DNA from: a virus
IMG/VR virus record: IMGVR_UViG_3300008116_000027
Coordinates: 1-64,000 of that record
Reading direction: 5' to 3' (one strand)
Length of the DNA stretch: 64,000 bases
This document shows positions 16,403-26,525 of this stretch, piece after piece. Position 1 is the stretch's first letter, and each line of letters begins with the position of its first letter. The notes under the pieces are model-generated. The model was not told the origin of the DNA and searched no databases. It worked only from the letters and a program-made list of their open reading frames with translations. Both the position numbers and the translations under genes were made by a program.

Positions 16403-17197
16403 TTATACATTATTTTTTGTTTTTTCTTCAATGATTTCTCTAAATTGTTCATTAACTATTAAAGGAGAGTTCCACTCATTTAATTGTTTATCTGTGGGAT
16501 CTTCATATTTACCTATTTGATCTTGCCACTCAGGGGTTTTGTAATTATAAAATGTACCAGGATTATCTTGAGCCATTAAAGCAAAACAAGAAAAGGCAAA
16601 CCTAATTCCATATTCTGTTTCTCTAGTTCCATGATCATATGGAGAGCATGCCCCATGTAAAACTATATCTCCTGGCTCAGGTTGAACTTCAAAACATGGC
16701 TCTTCTAATATTTGTTTAGTGACTTCCCAATGAGGTCCATTATTTTTTATACTACCATCTGGATTTAAATTGGGATAATATAATTTACCGCCTGTAAAAT
16801 TTCCAAAATATGAAATCATCCCATATTCTAATTCACAACAAGTTGTCCATTGATCAATTTCGCTTAACATATGGCAATTGCCTTTTCCAGGGCTATCTGA
16901 ATGCACAAACATTCCTTCATCGCCTGGTACAGATACCATAAAACTTCTTACTGGATGTATTACAACTTCTGGATAAATGAGTTCTGACATAAATTTCCAT
17001 AATGGAAAACTATTTTTATAAGGAGGAGTCATCTTATCCTTATACCATTCTCTTACACTCCAGTCGTTTTTTTCAACGCCTCTTTCATAAGTGGAAAGGT
17101 CTATGTTAACTAAATCCATTATTTCTTTTGGAATAATATTTTTATAGATATAGATTCTATCTGCTAATTTTGTGCATCTAGGGTCATCATAAAACAT
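16403..17197 (-). CDS. 2OG-Fe(II) oxygenase
   Basis: HSDSPG...FTGGKLYYP...GDIVLHG...HGT...GIRF. Confidence 0.88.
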   Translation of the reverse strand: MFYDDPRCTKLADRIYIYKNIIPKEIMDLVNIDLSTYERGVEKNDWSVREWYKDKMTPPYKNSFPLWKFMSELIYPEVVIHPVRSFMVSVPGDEGMFVHSDSPGKGNCHMLSEIDQWTTCCELEYGMISYFGNFTGGKLYYPNLNPDGSIKNNGPHWEVTKQILEEPCFEVQPEPGDIVLHGACSPYDHGTRETEYGIRFAFSCFALMAQDNPGTFYNYKTPEWQDQIGKYEDPTDKQLNEWNSPLIVNEQFREIIEEKTKNNV

Positions 17198-17251
17198 AGG
17201 GGCATTTCCTTTTTTTAGACATAATATAAATATATTATATCACTCAATGCC

Positions 17252-17440
17252 TTATGAATTGATAATTGATTTCTCTATTAATCTGTCATAAGTGTTGTTA
17301 CATATTAACTCAAAAGACCTAAGTCCTTGTTCAATATACTGATCTGACTCTTCATCCGAAATCCCAGCACTAGAATAAATGCCTTTCATATCTGCAATAA
17401 ATCCATCAAGCATCATTTGTACAATTTCTTCTTTATTCAT
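17252..17440 (-). CDS. hypothetical protein
   Basis: 62-aa ORF, coupled. Confidence 0.7.
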   Translation of the reverse strand: MNKEEIVQMMLDGFIADMKGIYSSAGISDEESDQYIEQGLRSFELICNNTYDRLIEKSIINS

Positions 17441-17654
17441 TTTGAGACCCTTCTTCTGTTGTAAATGCAGGGGCTGGTCCTAATAAGAATCCTTTTTCAT
17501 GGTATTCTATTAGCTTAGCCACCTCGTCCCCATCATCTTTTGATGAGTATTTTGCTAACAAAGTTAAAACATCGTAAATTCTGTGAAGCATTATATAATT
17601 TACCATAGGCAAATTGTCTTCAAGGCTTTTAGCCTCATTTTTATTTTCAGACAT
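17433..17654 (-). CDS. hypothetical protein
   Basis: 73-aa ORF, coupled. Confidence 0.75.
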   Translation of the reverse strand: MSENKNEAKSLEDNLPMVNYIMLHRIYDVLTLLAKYSSKDDGDEVAKLIEYHEKGFLLGPAPAFTTEEGSQNE

Positions 17655-17859
17655 TCTTGTTTACTCTTTCCTTTATATCATTATACAATTTTTCTCCAAT
17701 AAATTTTTTATAAGAGCAAGATAAACAATATAAATAAATATTGTCTTCTAAATCTAGGTTAGATTGAAGAAGGCCTTGGTCCATTGGGCATTCAAGCCTA
17801 GGCACAAGACCCTCTTCTGATAAAGCTATATATTGAGATACATATTGTATCTGTCGCAA
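17647..17859 (-). CDS. small Zn-ribbon-like protein
   Basis: CPMD...CLSC; AAGGAG RBS before TTG. Confidence 0.7.
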   Translation of the reverse strand: MRQIQYVSQYIALSEEGLVPRLECPMDQGLLQSNLDLEDNIYLYCLSCSYKKFIGEKLYNDIKERVNKNV

Positions 17860-17868
17860 AATTGCTCC

Positions 17869-18435
17869 TTAAGCTTTAGGGAATTGATTAATCAACTCCT
17901 TGGCCTTTCCTATTGAGTTAGGCCATGATGACCAATCTTTACCGCCCTTAGTCATATAGTACGTTATCTCTGCGTTTGTTACTGGATCAAATAATTCCTT
18001 ATTTGACACTAAATTGAATTTTTCTAATCTGTCTACACCAAGTTCCCCTAGCATATTAATTTGAAAAATCCCGTAAGATTTATCACCAGTTGATTTGTTG
18101 TCGTTTAAAGCAAGCGGTCTCCCGTTAGACTCTACCCTAGCAACAGCCCAAGCTGTTTTTAAAGCAATTCCTTCAAATCCTACAGCCCATAATAAATCTT
18201 TTAAATCTTCAGCTGCAAGCATTTCAGAATGCTTATAAGTTTCATTACTGAACTTATTTATTATTTCTCTTTTTAGTTGTTTTTCGGTTTTTTGTACCTT
18301 TTCAGGCGCAGTTGTTAAAGCTTGACTCATTGTAGGTCCAGGCTGGACTGTAAACAAAAATAATGTTATCATTATAATAACAGTCCAATTATGAACTACA
18401 TCGCTCAAACTTTGTTTGATTCTCTCCATTGGCAT
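17869..18435 (-). CDS. lysozyme-like lytic transglycosylase with N-terminal TM/signal
   Basis: AVARVES (catalytic Glu), SYGIFQIN, LFDPVTNA and DWSSW motifs. Confidence 0.85.
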   Translation of the reverse strand: MPMERIKQSLSDVVHNWTVIIMITLFLFTVQPGPTMSQALTTAPEKVQKTEKQLKREIINKFSNETYKHSEMLAAEDLKDLLWAVGFEGIALKTAWAVARVESNGRPLALNDNKSTGDKSYGIFQINMLGELGVDRLEKFNLVSNKELFDPVTNAEITYYMTKGGKDWSSWPNSIGKAKELINQFPKA

Positions 18436-18513
18436 TCCTCCTTTAGAGATAACGAACTATAATAGTAGCATTGATTAGTTGAGCGTGTCAACCCAGTTGA
18501 CCAGAAAGAGTTT

Positions 18514-19503
18514 ATGAATATTTCATTTTCTACGCCTATAGTTAATTTAAGAACTAATAATGGATATGGATATGCAAGTAAAAATATAGTAAAATCTTTA
18601 AATAAACTAGGACACTTCACACCATTTCAAGATCCAAAATCAAAATTACAATTAAATTTTTCACAACCATCACATTTTAAATTACATAAAAATCAACATC
18701 AAATTAGTTATACTCCGTGGGAGTCCACAATAATCCCAGAAGAGTGGAAATATTACATGAATGCATGTGATGAAATATGGGTAACTTCAGATTGGTGTGC
18801 AAATGTATTTGAAGATAATGGATTTAAAGTTTCTAATGTTTATCCACACGGTATTGACCCTATGTGGATCCCAAACAGAAGGCAAGATGACGGAGTAATT
18901 AAATTTTTACACATAGGGGAGCCAGCACCAAGAAAAGCTGGACAAATGGTATTAGATGCATTTGGACATTTATTCGGAAATAAAGACGGATTCTCATTAA
19001 CAATTAAAGCAGATCAAATAAATACCACCAGAGTATATAATAACTATTTAGATAAAAATATTTTAGGAACACCAGATAAATATTATAATAACGTATATGT
19101 AATTATAGATGTCTTAAATGATGAGGAATTAGTAGAATTATACCAGTCTCATGATGTCTTAGTTTATCCAAGTTATGGTGAAGGATTTGGCTTTATTCCA
19201 TTACAAGCATTAGCAACTGGCATGCCAACAATATGTACAACAGGATGGGCACATTACGAAAATTATCTTGGTCCACTAAAATTAAAATCAGAATTAATAG
19301 ATTCACCTTGGCCATTTCCACATCAAGGAAAAGTTTTTGAACCAAACTATCAACATTTACTTGAACTTATGAGAGATGTTTCAATAAACTTTAATGCATA
19401 TTCTGGATATTATTTTGCTCAGTCAACTAAAATACATAAAGATTATAATTGGGATCAGTTGACCAAGAATGCATTTAAAGATATTTTAAAAAAAATTTAT
19501 TAA
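18514..19503 (+). CDS. GT-B glycosyltransferase (family 4-like)
   Basis: GYG, PWES, RKAG and YPSYGEGFGFIPLQALATGMP motifs. Confidence 0.9.
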   Translation: MNISFSTPIVNLRTNNGYGYASKNIVKSLNKLGHFTPFQDPKSKLQLNFSQPSHFKLHKNQHQISYTPWESTIIPEEWKYYMNACDEIWVTSDWCANVFEDNGFKVSNVYPHGIDPMWIPNRRQDDGVIKFLHIGEPAPRKAGQMVLDAFGHLFGNKDGFSLTIKADQINTTRVYNNYLDKNILGTPDKYYNNVYVIIDVLNDEELVELYQSHDVLVYPSYGEGFGFIPLQALATGMPTICTTGWAHYENYLGPLKLKSELIDSPWPFPHQGKVFEPNYQHLLELMRDVSINFNAYSGYYFAQSTKIHKDYNWDQLTKNAFKDILKKIY

Positions 19504-19590
19504 AGTCTTCCCCTTGTGAATAACATTTGATACACTTATATCTCATCTAAATTTTAAAAACTGCACAGGCGGAGAAAAGGTCGTATATAA

Positions 19591-21525
19591 ATGCCATTTA
19601 CAATTGAAAACCCATATGAAAACTTTATTGCATTATCTAGATATGCAAGATGGATGCCAGAAGAAAATCGTCGTGAAACATGGAGCGAAACCGTAGATCG
19701 TTATTTTGTTTTTATGTTAGATCATTTGTTTAGAGAGTATTCGTACGAGCCATCATCAAAGTTAATCCAGGAATTAAAAGAAGCAGTTCTTAAAAGAAAT
19801 GTTATGCCTTCAATGAGAGCAGTAATGACTTCAGGTCCAGCTTTAGAAAGAGATCATGTTGCTGGATACAATTGTTCATTTGTTCCAGTAGATTCTCCTC
19901 GTTCATTTGATGAAACAATGTATATTCTTATGTGCGGTACAGGAGTAGGATTTTCTGTTGAATATAAGTACATTAATAAATTACCAGCAGTTCCAGAATC
20001 ATTAGAAAAATCTACAACCGTAATTACAGTAGAAGATTCTAAACAAGGATGGGCAAAAGCATATCGTGAACTTCTTGCAATGCTTTGGGCAGGACAAATT
20101 CCAGCAATTGATGTAACTAAATTGCGTCCAGCAGGAGCACGTCTTAAAACTATGGGCGGAAGATCTTCTGGCCCACAACCATTAGTTAATCTTTTTGATT
20201 TTACAATTAAAATATTTAAAAATGCAGTTGGAAGAAATTTAAAACCAATTGAATGTCATGACTTAATGTGTAAAATTGGTGAAGTAGTAGTTGTTGGTGG
20301 AGTTCGTAGATCCGCAATGATTTCTCTTTCTAATATTAATGACATTGAGATGGCGTCAGCAAAATCTGGCAACTGGTGGGAAACAAATCCACAACGTGCA
20401 CTATCAAATAATTCTGTTGCATATTCTCGTAAACCAGAAATGGAACAGTTCATAGCAGAATGGAAAAATTTATATGATTCAAAATCAGGAGAGCGTGGAA
20501 TATACAATGTTGCAGCAGCACAGGCGCAAGCAGCTAAATATGGACGCAGGGATCCTGAAATACACTATGGAACAAACCCTTGCTCTGAAATTATTTTGCG
20601 TCCTTATCAGTTTTGTAACCTTTCAGAAGTCGTATTACGTGAAAAAGATACAATTGAGGATGTTGAAAATAAAGTACGACTTGCTACAATTCTTGGTACC
20701 TGGCAATCAACCTTAACAGACTTTAAATATCTTAGAAAAATTTGGAAAGATAACACAGAAGAAGAAAGACTACTAGGGGTTTCTTTAACTGGACAGTTTG
20801 GGCATAAATTCTTTTCTGGAAAAGAAGATATTAATAAATTAGAAAAAACTCTGGTATCGCTTCGAGAGTCAGCCAGAAAAATAAATTCTGAAGAAGCCAA
20901 AAAAATTGGTATACAGGAATCAGCAGCAATTACTTGTGTTAAACCATCTGGCACCGTATCTCAATTAGTAGGAGTGTCTTCAGGAATGCATCCTTGGCAT
21001 TCCAAGTATTATATTCGCACAGTTCGTGGATCAAAGGGAGACCCAATTTCTGTATTTTTAAAAGAAGTAGGAATTCCAGTAGAAGATGATGTGATGAAGC
21101 CAAATGAAACTTATGTATTTTCATTTCCAATCAAAGCACCAGAAGAAGCAATTGTTAGAAGCGACCTTACAGCAATTGATCATTTAAATACTTGGTTGGT
21201 TTATCAGCGTGCATGGTGTGAACACAAGCCATCTATTACTGTTTCTGTAAAAGAAGATGAATGGATGGAAGTTGGATCATGGGTTTATAAAAACTTTGAT
21301 GAAGTATCTGGAATCTCATTCCTACCCCACTCAGATCATTCATACAAACAAGCACCATATCAAGAAGTTACTAAAGAAGAGTACGAAGAGCTTTTGTCTA
21401 AAATGCCAAAAGAAATTAGATGGCAAGATCTTTCATTTTATGAAACAGAAGATGGAACTTCTACAAATGCTACGCTTGCATGTACTTCAGACGGTAACTG
21501 TGAACTTGTAGATATTTCTGCATAG
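19591..21525 (+). CDS. nrdJ: class II (adenosylcobalamin-dependent) ribonucleotide reductase
   Basis: YNCSF, GTGVGFSV, VVGGVRRSA, TNPCSEI, TCVKPSGT and a C-terminal Cys pair (CTSDGNC); no small subunit adjacent. Confidence 0.92.
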   Translation: MPFTIENPYENFIALSRYARWMPEENRRETWSETVDRYFVFMLDHLFREYSYEPSSKLIQELKEAVLKRNVMPSMRAVMTSGPALERDHVAGYNCSFVPVDSPRSFDETMYILMCGTGVGFSVEYKYINKLPAVPESLEKSTTVITVEDSKQGWAKAYRELLAMLWAGQIPAIDVTKLRPAGARLKTMGGRSSGPQPLVNLFDFTIKIFKNAVGRNLKPIECHDLMCKIGEVVVVGGVRRSAMISLSNINDIEMASAKSGNWWETNPQRALSNNSVAYSRKPEMEQFIAEWKNLYDSKSGERGIYNVAAAQAQAAKYGRRDPEIHYGTNPCSEIILRPYQFCNLSEVVLREKDTIEDVENKVRLATILGTWQSTLTDFKYLRKIWKDNTEEERLLGVSLTGQFGHKFFSGKEDINKLEKTLVSLRESARKINSEEAKKIGIQESAAITCVKPSGTVSQLVGVSSGMHPWHSKYYIRTVRGSKGDPISVFLKEVGIPVEDDVMKPNETYVFSFPIKAPEEAIVRSDLTAIDHLNTWLVYQRAWCEHKPSITVSVKEDEWMEVGSWVYKNFDEVSGISFLPHSDHSYKQAPYQEVTKEEYEELLSKMPKEIRWQDLSFYETEDGTSTNATLACTSDGNCELVDISA

Positions 21526-21594
21526 TGGTATTATATTAGTATTGGGTAACCCCCAAAATTCCTGGGCACACGGCTCAGAAATAGGAGGATCTTA

Positions 21595-21822
21595 ATGAAA
21601 AAAGATCTAAATAACGATGGAGTAATAACAATGACAGAACAAATCCTAGCGGCTCTTGGAACATATGCTCGTGCATTTCTTTCAGCAGCAATCGCTTTGT
21701 ATATGACTGGCAATACAAATCCAAAGGACCTTTTGATGGGTGGAGTTGCAGCAGTAGCCCCAGTAATTTTAAAGGCTCTTTCACCAAGCAATCAAGAGTT
21801 TGGTTTCAAGTCAGCTAAGTAA
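21595..21822 (+). CDS. putative holin
   Basis: 75 aa, two hydrophobic segments (YARAFL...APVILKALSP...FG), AGGAGG RBS. Confidence 0.65.
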   Translation: MKKDLNNDGVITMTEQILAALGTYARAFLSAAIALYMTGNTNPKDLLMGGVAAVAPVILKALSPSNQEFGFKSAK

Positions 21823-21840
21823 TTTAGTAAACTGTATTAA

Positions 21841-21876
21841 GAAAGCTCCTATGCTAAAATGAGCATAGGAGTTTTC
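21841..21876. terminator. long hairpin terminator; its loop overlaps a TGCTAAAAT extended -10
   Basis: GAAAGCTCCTATGCT/AGCATAGGAGTTTTC inverted repeat. Confidence 0.65.
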
Positions 21877-21891
21877 CTATTTTAGGAGATT

Positions 21892-22248
21892 TTGAAAATG
21901 GCAGTACAAAAGAATTTTGAAGTAGATCAAAATGCTACTTTTACCTTTGAGGTTCAATACACCTTAGAGGACGAAGTCACACCAATAAGTTTAGTAAATG
22001 CAACTGCAAAAATGCAAGTACGTGATACTAAAGGTGGATCTAAATTAGCATTTACACTAACATCACCGTCTGGTGGTATAACAATTAATGGCGCAACTGG
22101 AACATTAACCATTAAAATGACACCTACTCAGACAAATAAACTCTTTTATCCAAAATCTTCTTATGACATTATGGTTGTCGATTCTAACGGGAATAAAATA
22201 AAACTCCTTGAAGGGTTTTTAACTCTCAGCAGATCGGTAACTATATAA
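21892..22248 (+). CDS. virion-associated beta-sandwich protein (BppU-N-like)
   Basis: DQNATF...AKMQVR...YDI...LLEG pattern. Confidence 0.65.
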   Translation: MKMAVQKNFEVDQNATFTFEVQYTLEDEVTPISLVNATAKMQVRDTKGGSKLAFTLTSPSGGITINGATGTLTIKMTPTQTNKLFYPKSSYDIMVVDSNGNKIKLLEGFLTLSRSVTI

Positions 22249-22700
22249 TGTCAGAAAAAGTAATAGTAACAGAAGTAAAAAATAAAGTAATTATTAAATC
22301 CCCTGGGCCACAAGGACCAGCTGGAAGAACAATATTAAATGGCACTGGTGCTCCCGCAAATAACTTAGGAGTTACTGGTGATTTTTATTATAATACAACT
22401 ACTACAGATTTTTATGGTCCAAAATTAACAGACTTGTCATGGTCTGGATCATCAGTTATTAAATTTGTACAAGAAGGATCTGATTATTCATATTCTACTT
22501 CTTGGGAACTTGCTCAAGTAACTGGACCAGTTTCTGGAATATATTCTGTAACTATTAACCATAACCTAGACTTTTTCCCAAATGCAACAATAAAAGATAG
22601 CTCTGGAGAAACAGTAGAAACTGGATTAGAATACATTAATACAAATACAATAAAACTGACAATGGCTCAACCATTTTCAGGGACAGCATACCTGTCATAA
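22248..22700 (+). CDS. virion accessory protein
   Basis: GPQGPAG, ILNGTGAP..LG..GDFY, INHNL..FP and FSGTAYLS motifs. Confidence 0.65.
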   Translation: MSEKVIVTEVKNKVIIKSPGPQGPAGRTILNGTGAPANNLGVTGDFYYNTTTTDFYGPKLTDLSWSGSSVIKFVQEGSDYSYSTSWELAQVTGPVSGIYSVTINHNLDFFPNATIKDSSGETVETGLEYINTNTIKLTMAQPFSGTAYLS

Positions 22701-22712
22701 AGGAGAAATAAA

Positions 22713-23645
22713 ATGGCAAGAAAATTTTTAGTTAGTTTAGATCTTAACAAAAATGAGTTACTAAACGCTAGATTACAAAATCTGTCTTCCGACCCATCTT
22801 CACCAGTGGCAGGTCAGATTTACTTTAATACACAAGACAATGTAACAAAATTTTATGATGGCAATCAATGGATTTCAGGGGGGTCTACTAAATTTGGCCT
22901 AGAGGCAAATAGACCAAGTCCTTCTAAATCAGGAACCTTATATGCCGCAACAGACACAAGTACATTATTTTTGGATAATGGAACATCTTGGATTCAAATA
23001 TCTGTAAATCCTGAAGATTTAGCAGATGCTCTTCAAGAAGCAAAAGATTACACAGATACTCGTGAAATTGCAATTACATCTGCTTACGAAGCATATGCAG
23101 ATCAAGCAGAGGTAGATGCAAAAGCTTACACAGATGCTCGTGAAACTGCAATAACAACAGCCTATGAATCTTACACAACAACAGCAATTGGTAATTTAAT
23201 TGATGGTGCACCAGGCTTATTAGATACATTAAATGAAATTGCAGCGGCAATTAACGATGACGCTAATTATTTCACAACTATTGCAAATTCACTTGCAACA
23301 AAACAAGATAACTTAACAGCCGCAAACGGTATTGATATTGATAGCTCTCAAAATATTTCTGTAAAGCTAGGAACTGGTTTATCTTTTGATGGCTCTGGAA
23401 ATATCGTTCCTTCAAGCGGATATGGAGTAAGAAAATATTCAGAAGATATTGGAGACGGCACAGCAGTTTCTTTTGTAATTCCACACGGCTTTAGTACAAA
23501 AGACGTAACAGTTCAAGTATATGAAAAAGCTTCACCTTTTTCAAAAGTTGAAACAGATGTAGAGCACACCGATGTAAACACCACTACAATTAAATTTGCA
23601 TTAGCTCCAAGTCTAAATGAGTACAGAGTTGTAGTAATAGGATAA
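22713..23645 (+). CDS. fibre-like virion protein
   Basis: [22 protein letters not shown] tail-fibre motif; EAKDYTD repeats. Confidence 0.7.
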   Translation: MARKFLVSLDLNKNELLNARLQNLSSDPSSPVAGQIYFNTQDNVTKFYDGNQWISGGSTKFGLEANRPSPSKSGTLYAATDTSTLFLDNGTSWIQISVNPEDLADALQEAKDYTDTREIAITSAYEAYADQAEVDAKAYTDARETAITTAYESYTTTAIGNLIDGAPGLLDTLNEIAAAINDDANYFTTIANSLATKQDNLTAANGIDIDSSQNISVKLGTGLSFDGSGNIVPSSGYGVRKYSEDIGDGTAVSFVIPHGFSTKDVTVQVYEKASPFSKVETDVEHTDVNTTTIKFALAPSLNEYRVVVIG

Positions 23646-23649
23646 AAAC

Positions 23650-24006
23650 GTGAAGTTAAGGTCTTTACTTAATTTAGCAACACTAGCCTCCGACCCAGCA
23701 GGGTCGGTAGGCGATGTGTTTTTTAATACAACAGAAAAAGCCTTAAAAATTCATAACGGAACAACATGGATTATTCTTTCACAGAACACAGACCCAGCAC
23801 CATTCTATATGCACACACATACATTTGATGGTGACATACATACAATTGATATTGAAAATCCAATAACATTTAAAGATATAAATACTGTAGCAAGTGTCTC
23901 AGAAAATATTCCTAAGATAGTAGGGTTTGACGGAGGGTCACCATCAAACAATGTTACAGATCCTAATTTCTTAGAGTTATCATTACTAGATGGCGGCAAT
24001 ATTTAA
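23650..24006 (+). CDS. virion accessory protein
   Basis: 118-aa ORF in the operon; LDGG C-terminal motif. Confidence 0.65.
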   Translation: MKLRSLLNLATLASDPAGSVGDVFFNTTEKALKIHNGTTWIILSQNTDPAPFYMHTHTFDGDIHTIDIENPITFKDINTVASVSENIPKIVGFDGGSPSNNVTDPNFLELSLLDGGNI

Positions 24007-24068
24007 TTTTTAGGCAATTATAAATATTATAATGTATAATATAACTAAGTCATAATTTAGAGGTAAAA

Positions 24069-24626
24069 ATGGCAACAAACTTTCCAAGCTCTTTAGATAC
24101 ATTAACGAATCCAAACTCAACAGATGCGTTATCAAATCCGTCACACTCTCAGCAGCACACCAATCTTAATGACGCTGTCGAAGCAATTCAGACAAAAATT
24201 GGTGTAAATGGATCTAATGACTCAACTTCAATTCAGTATAAAATATCAGAAATAGAAACAACCTTATCAGATATTGAAAATTCAACTGGGGCAACAGAGA
24301 CTCTTTTAGGACTAGAGGGAAACAATGACCTTACAATATCAGGTATTGAAAACAAAACTACTATAGACTCATTTAATAAAAATCTGTATAGAACATTAGA
24401 ATACACTGTTCAATTATCTAGAGGATCAGAGTATCACAGTTCTAATATTTTAATTTTAAATGATGGCACTAATGTAAACATTGCAGAATCAAACATTATT
24501 TCAAACACAAATAATGTTCTGGCTAATCTTACTTTTGAAGAAAATTCGGGTATAATTAGTTTATGCGTTACTCCAACGAGTACAGCAGTTACTGCTAGAT
24601 ATTACAGAACAGCACTTAAAGTATAA
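24069..24626 (+). CDS. virion accessory/fibre protein
   Basis: MATNFPSSLD...HSQQH..LNDAVEAIQTKIG N-terminus. Confidence 0.7.
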   Translation: MATNFPSSLDTLTNPNSTDALSNPSHSQQHTNLNDAVEAIQTKIGVNGSNDSTSIQYKISEIETTLSDIENSTGATETLLGLEGNNDLTISGIENKTTIDSFNKNLYRTLEYTVQLSRGSEYHSSNILILNDGTNVNIAESNIISNTNNVLANLTFEENSGIISLCVTPTSTAVTARYYRTALKV

Positions 24627-24649
24627 AAAAAGCAGTAAAAGGGGAATAA

Positions 24650-26071
24650 ATGGCAACAGTAAATAAGAACTTTAGAATCAAACATGGTCTGGTGGTTGAG
24701 GGATCAACCGCTACCGTAAATGGCCAAAATGTATTAACCGAAACAGGTGGAGATGCCTATATTCTCAACCTCGTTGGCGGGGCAACACTTGTAAAATCTG
24801 TATCCTCTGACTTTGCAGTAGACGGAGCAGGAAATCTTACAATCAACGGATCTTCAGATCTTGCAAGAACTGGAGATATTACCACAGCAGTTAATGCACT
24901 AGACACTGATGATATTGAAGAAGGTGCAAGTAATCTTTATCATACCGCACAACGTGCAAAAGATGCAGCAGCAGAACTTTTAACAAATGCATCAACAACA
25001 AATATTACAATTACAGGAACAGGTGCTGGATTAACAATTACTGCCGAAAACGGCGTAGCTGATTCAGACACTGATGATCTTACTGAAGGCACAACAAATC
25101 TATACTTCACCAATCAACGTGCATTAGATGCAACAGCATCAGCATACGATATATCAGGTTCTGCTTCAGCAGCACAAACTGCAGCAGAAAATTATGCAGA
25201 CAGTTTAGCAGGAAACTATGATCCAGCAGGCGCTGCTTTAACAGCAGAAACTAATGCTAATATATATACAGATAGTGAAATCAATGGCTTAGTTACAGAT
25301 GACATTGAAGAGGGTGTAAGTAATCTTTACTTTACAAATACTCGTGCTCGTGGAGCAATTTCTGCAGGAACTGGAATCAGTTACGATAGCGGAACTGGTG
25401 TAGTATCTGTAGACAATACAATTGCAACAGAGTCTTACGTCAATACAGCAATTAGTAACCTTGTTGACGGAGCTCCTGATCTTTTAAATACTCTTAATGA
25501 AATTGCAGCAGCAATCAATGATGACGCAAACTACTTTACAACAATTGCTAATCAGATTGCAGGAAAGCAAGATACATTAACAGCATCTACAGGAATTACA
25601 ATTGATGGTTCAAATAACATTTCGGTAACAGCCAATACATATGATGCATATGGAGCAGCTTCAGCGGCCCAAACAGCAGCAGAGGCTACAGCTCAGGCAG
25701 CACTGGATGATGTTCTTGATGCCACAACACCATTCTCAGACATCAATATAAATGATTTTGCAAAGCAGGTAGCTGCTAGATCTACATCACTTGGTTCAGT
25801 TGTAGTAACTGCTTATCAGTTCAATAAATCAACATTTAAATCAGGTAAGTTCTTGGTTAAGATTGACAACGGAACACATAATGAAATCTCAGAAATTCTA
25901 GTAACACTAGATTCATCTGACAACGTAGCAATTACAGAATATGCAATCGTCGGAACAAATGGTTCAAGAGGAACAATTACAGCAGATGTAGATGGAACTC
26001 ATTGCCGAATCAGAGTAAATCCAGTAAATGATTCAACTATTACTGTAGCTGGTACAATCTTTAACGCATAA
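24650..26071 (+). CDS. fibre-like virion protein
   Basis: Three TDD(I/L)xEG..NLY(F/H)T..RA repeats; [22 protein letters not shown] motif. Confidence 0.75.
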   Translation: MATVNKNFRIKHGLVVEGSTATVNGQNVLTETGGDAYILNLVGGATLVKSVSSDFAVDGAGNLTINGSSDLARTGDITTAVNALDTDDIEEGASNLYHTAQRAKDAAAELLTNASTTNITITGTGAGLTITAENGVADSDTDDLTEGTTNLYFTNQRALDATASAYDISGSASAAQTAAENYADSLAGNYDPAGAALTAETNANIYTDSEINGLVTDDIEEGVSNLYFTNTRARGAISAGTGISYDSGTGVVSVDNTIATESYVNTAISNLVDGAPDLLNTLNEIAAAINDDANYFTTIANQIAGKQDTLTASTGITIDGSNNISVTANTYDAYGAASAAQTAAEATAQAALDDVLDATTPFSDININDFAKQVAARSTSLGSVVVTAYQFNKSTFKSGKFLVKIDNGTHNEISEILVTLDSSDNVAITEYAIVGTNGSRGTITADVDGTHCRIRVNPVNDSTITVAGTIFNA

Positions 26072-26128
26072 TTAAATAAAAGGCTAGGGGAGAGCCTTAA
26101 TCTCCCCACAAAAAACAATTAGGGGATA

Positions 26129-26485
26129 GTGAACTTAATGGCAACAACAGATAAAAACTTTAAAGTTAAAAATGGACTCAATGTCGCAGGAAACGCTACA
26201 TTTGATTCTAGCGTTATATTGGGATCAACCCCCCTAAGATTTGATACGGCAACAAATAAACTACAGATCCAATTAAATGGAACATGGAAGCCTATTGCAT
26301 TTACCGAAGACCTGGAAAGCCAAATTGGCTTTACAGATATCGGACTAGCAATAGATTACAATGGTCTTCCAATATACACAGTTCAGGCAAATGGAGTAAG
26401 CACCACAGCAACTAAGTTCGCTGACGGTGGAACCCCAGAAACCTCAACATATGGTATGACATTTGATTCTGGGGCTTTAGTTTAA
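26129..26485 (+). CDS. virion accessory protein
   Basis: MAT.DKNFKVKNGL N-terminus paralogous to the preceding gene. Confidence 0.7.
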   Translation: MNLMATTDKNFKVKNGLNVAGNATFDSSVILGSTPLRFDTATNKLQIQLNGTWKPIAFTEDLESQIGFTDIGLAIDYNGLPIYTVQANGVSTTATKFADGGTPETSTYGMTFDSGALV

Positions 26486-26525
26486 ATAAAATAATGCTAT
26501 ACTTAGCAAATAAGGGGAAATAAAT

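Noticed and set aside
19591-21525. Intein or intron in the RNR, or a cobalamin riboswitch upstream
   Set aside because: ORF is uninterrupted and of ordinary length; the 87-nt intergenic region is too short and lacks recognisable B12-box structure
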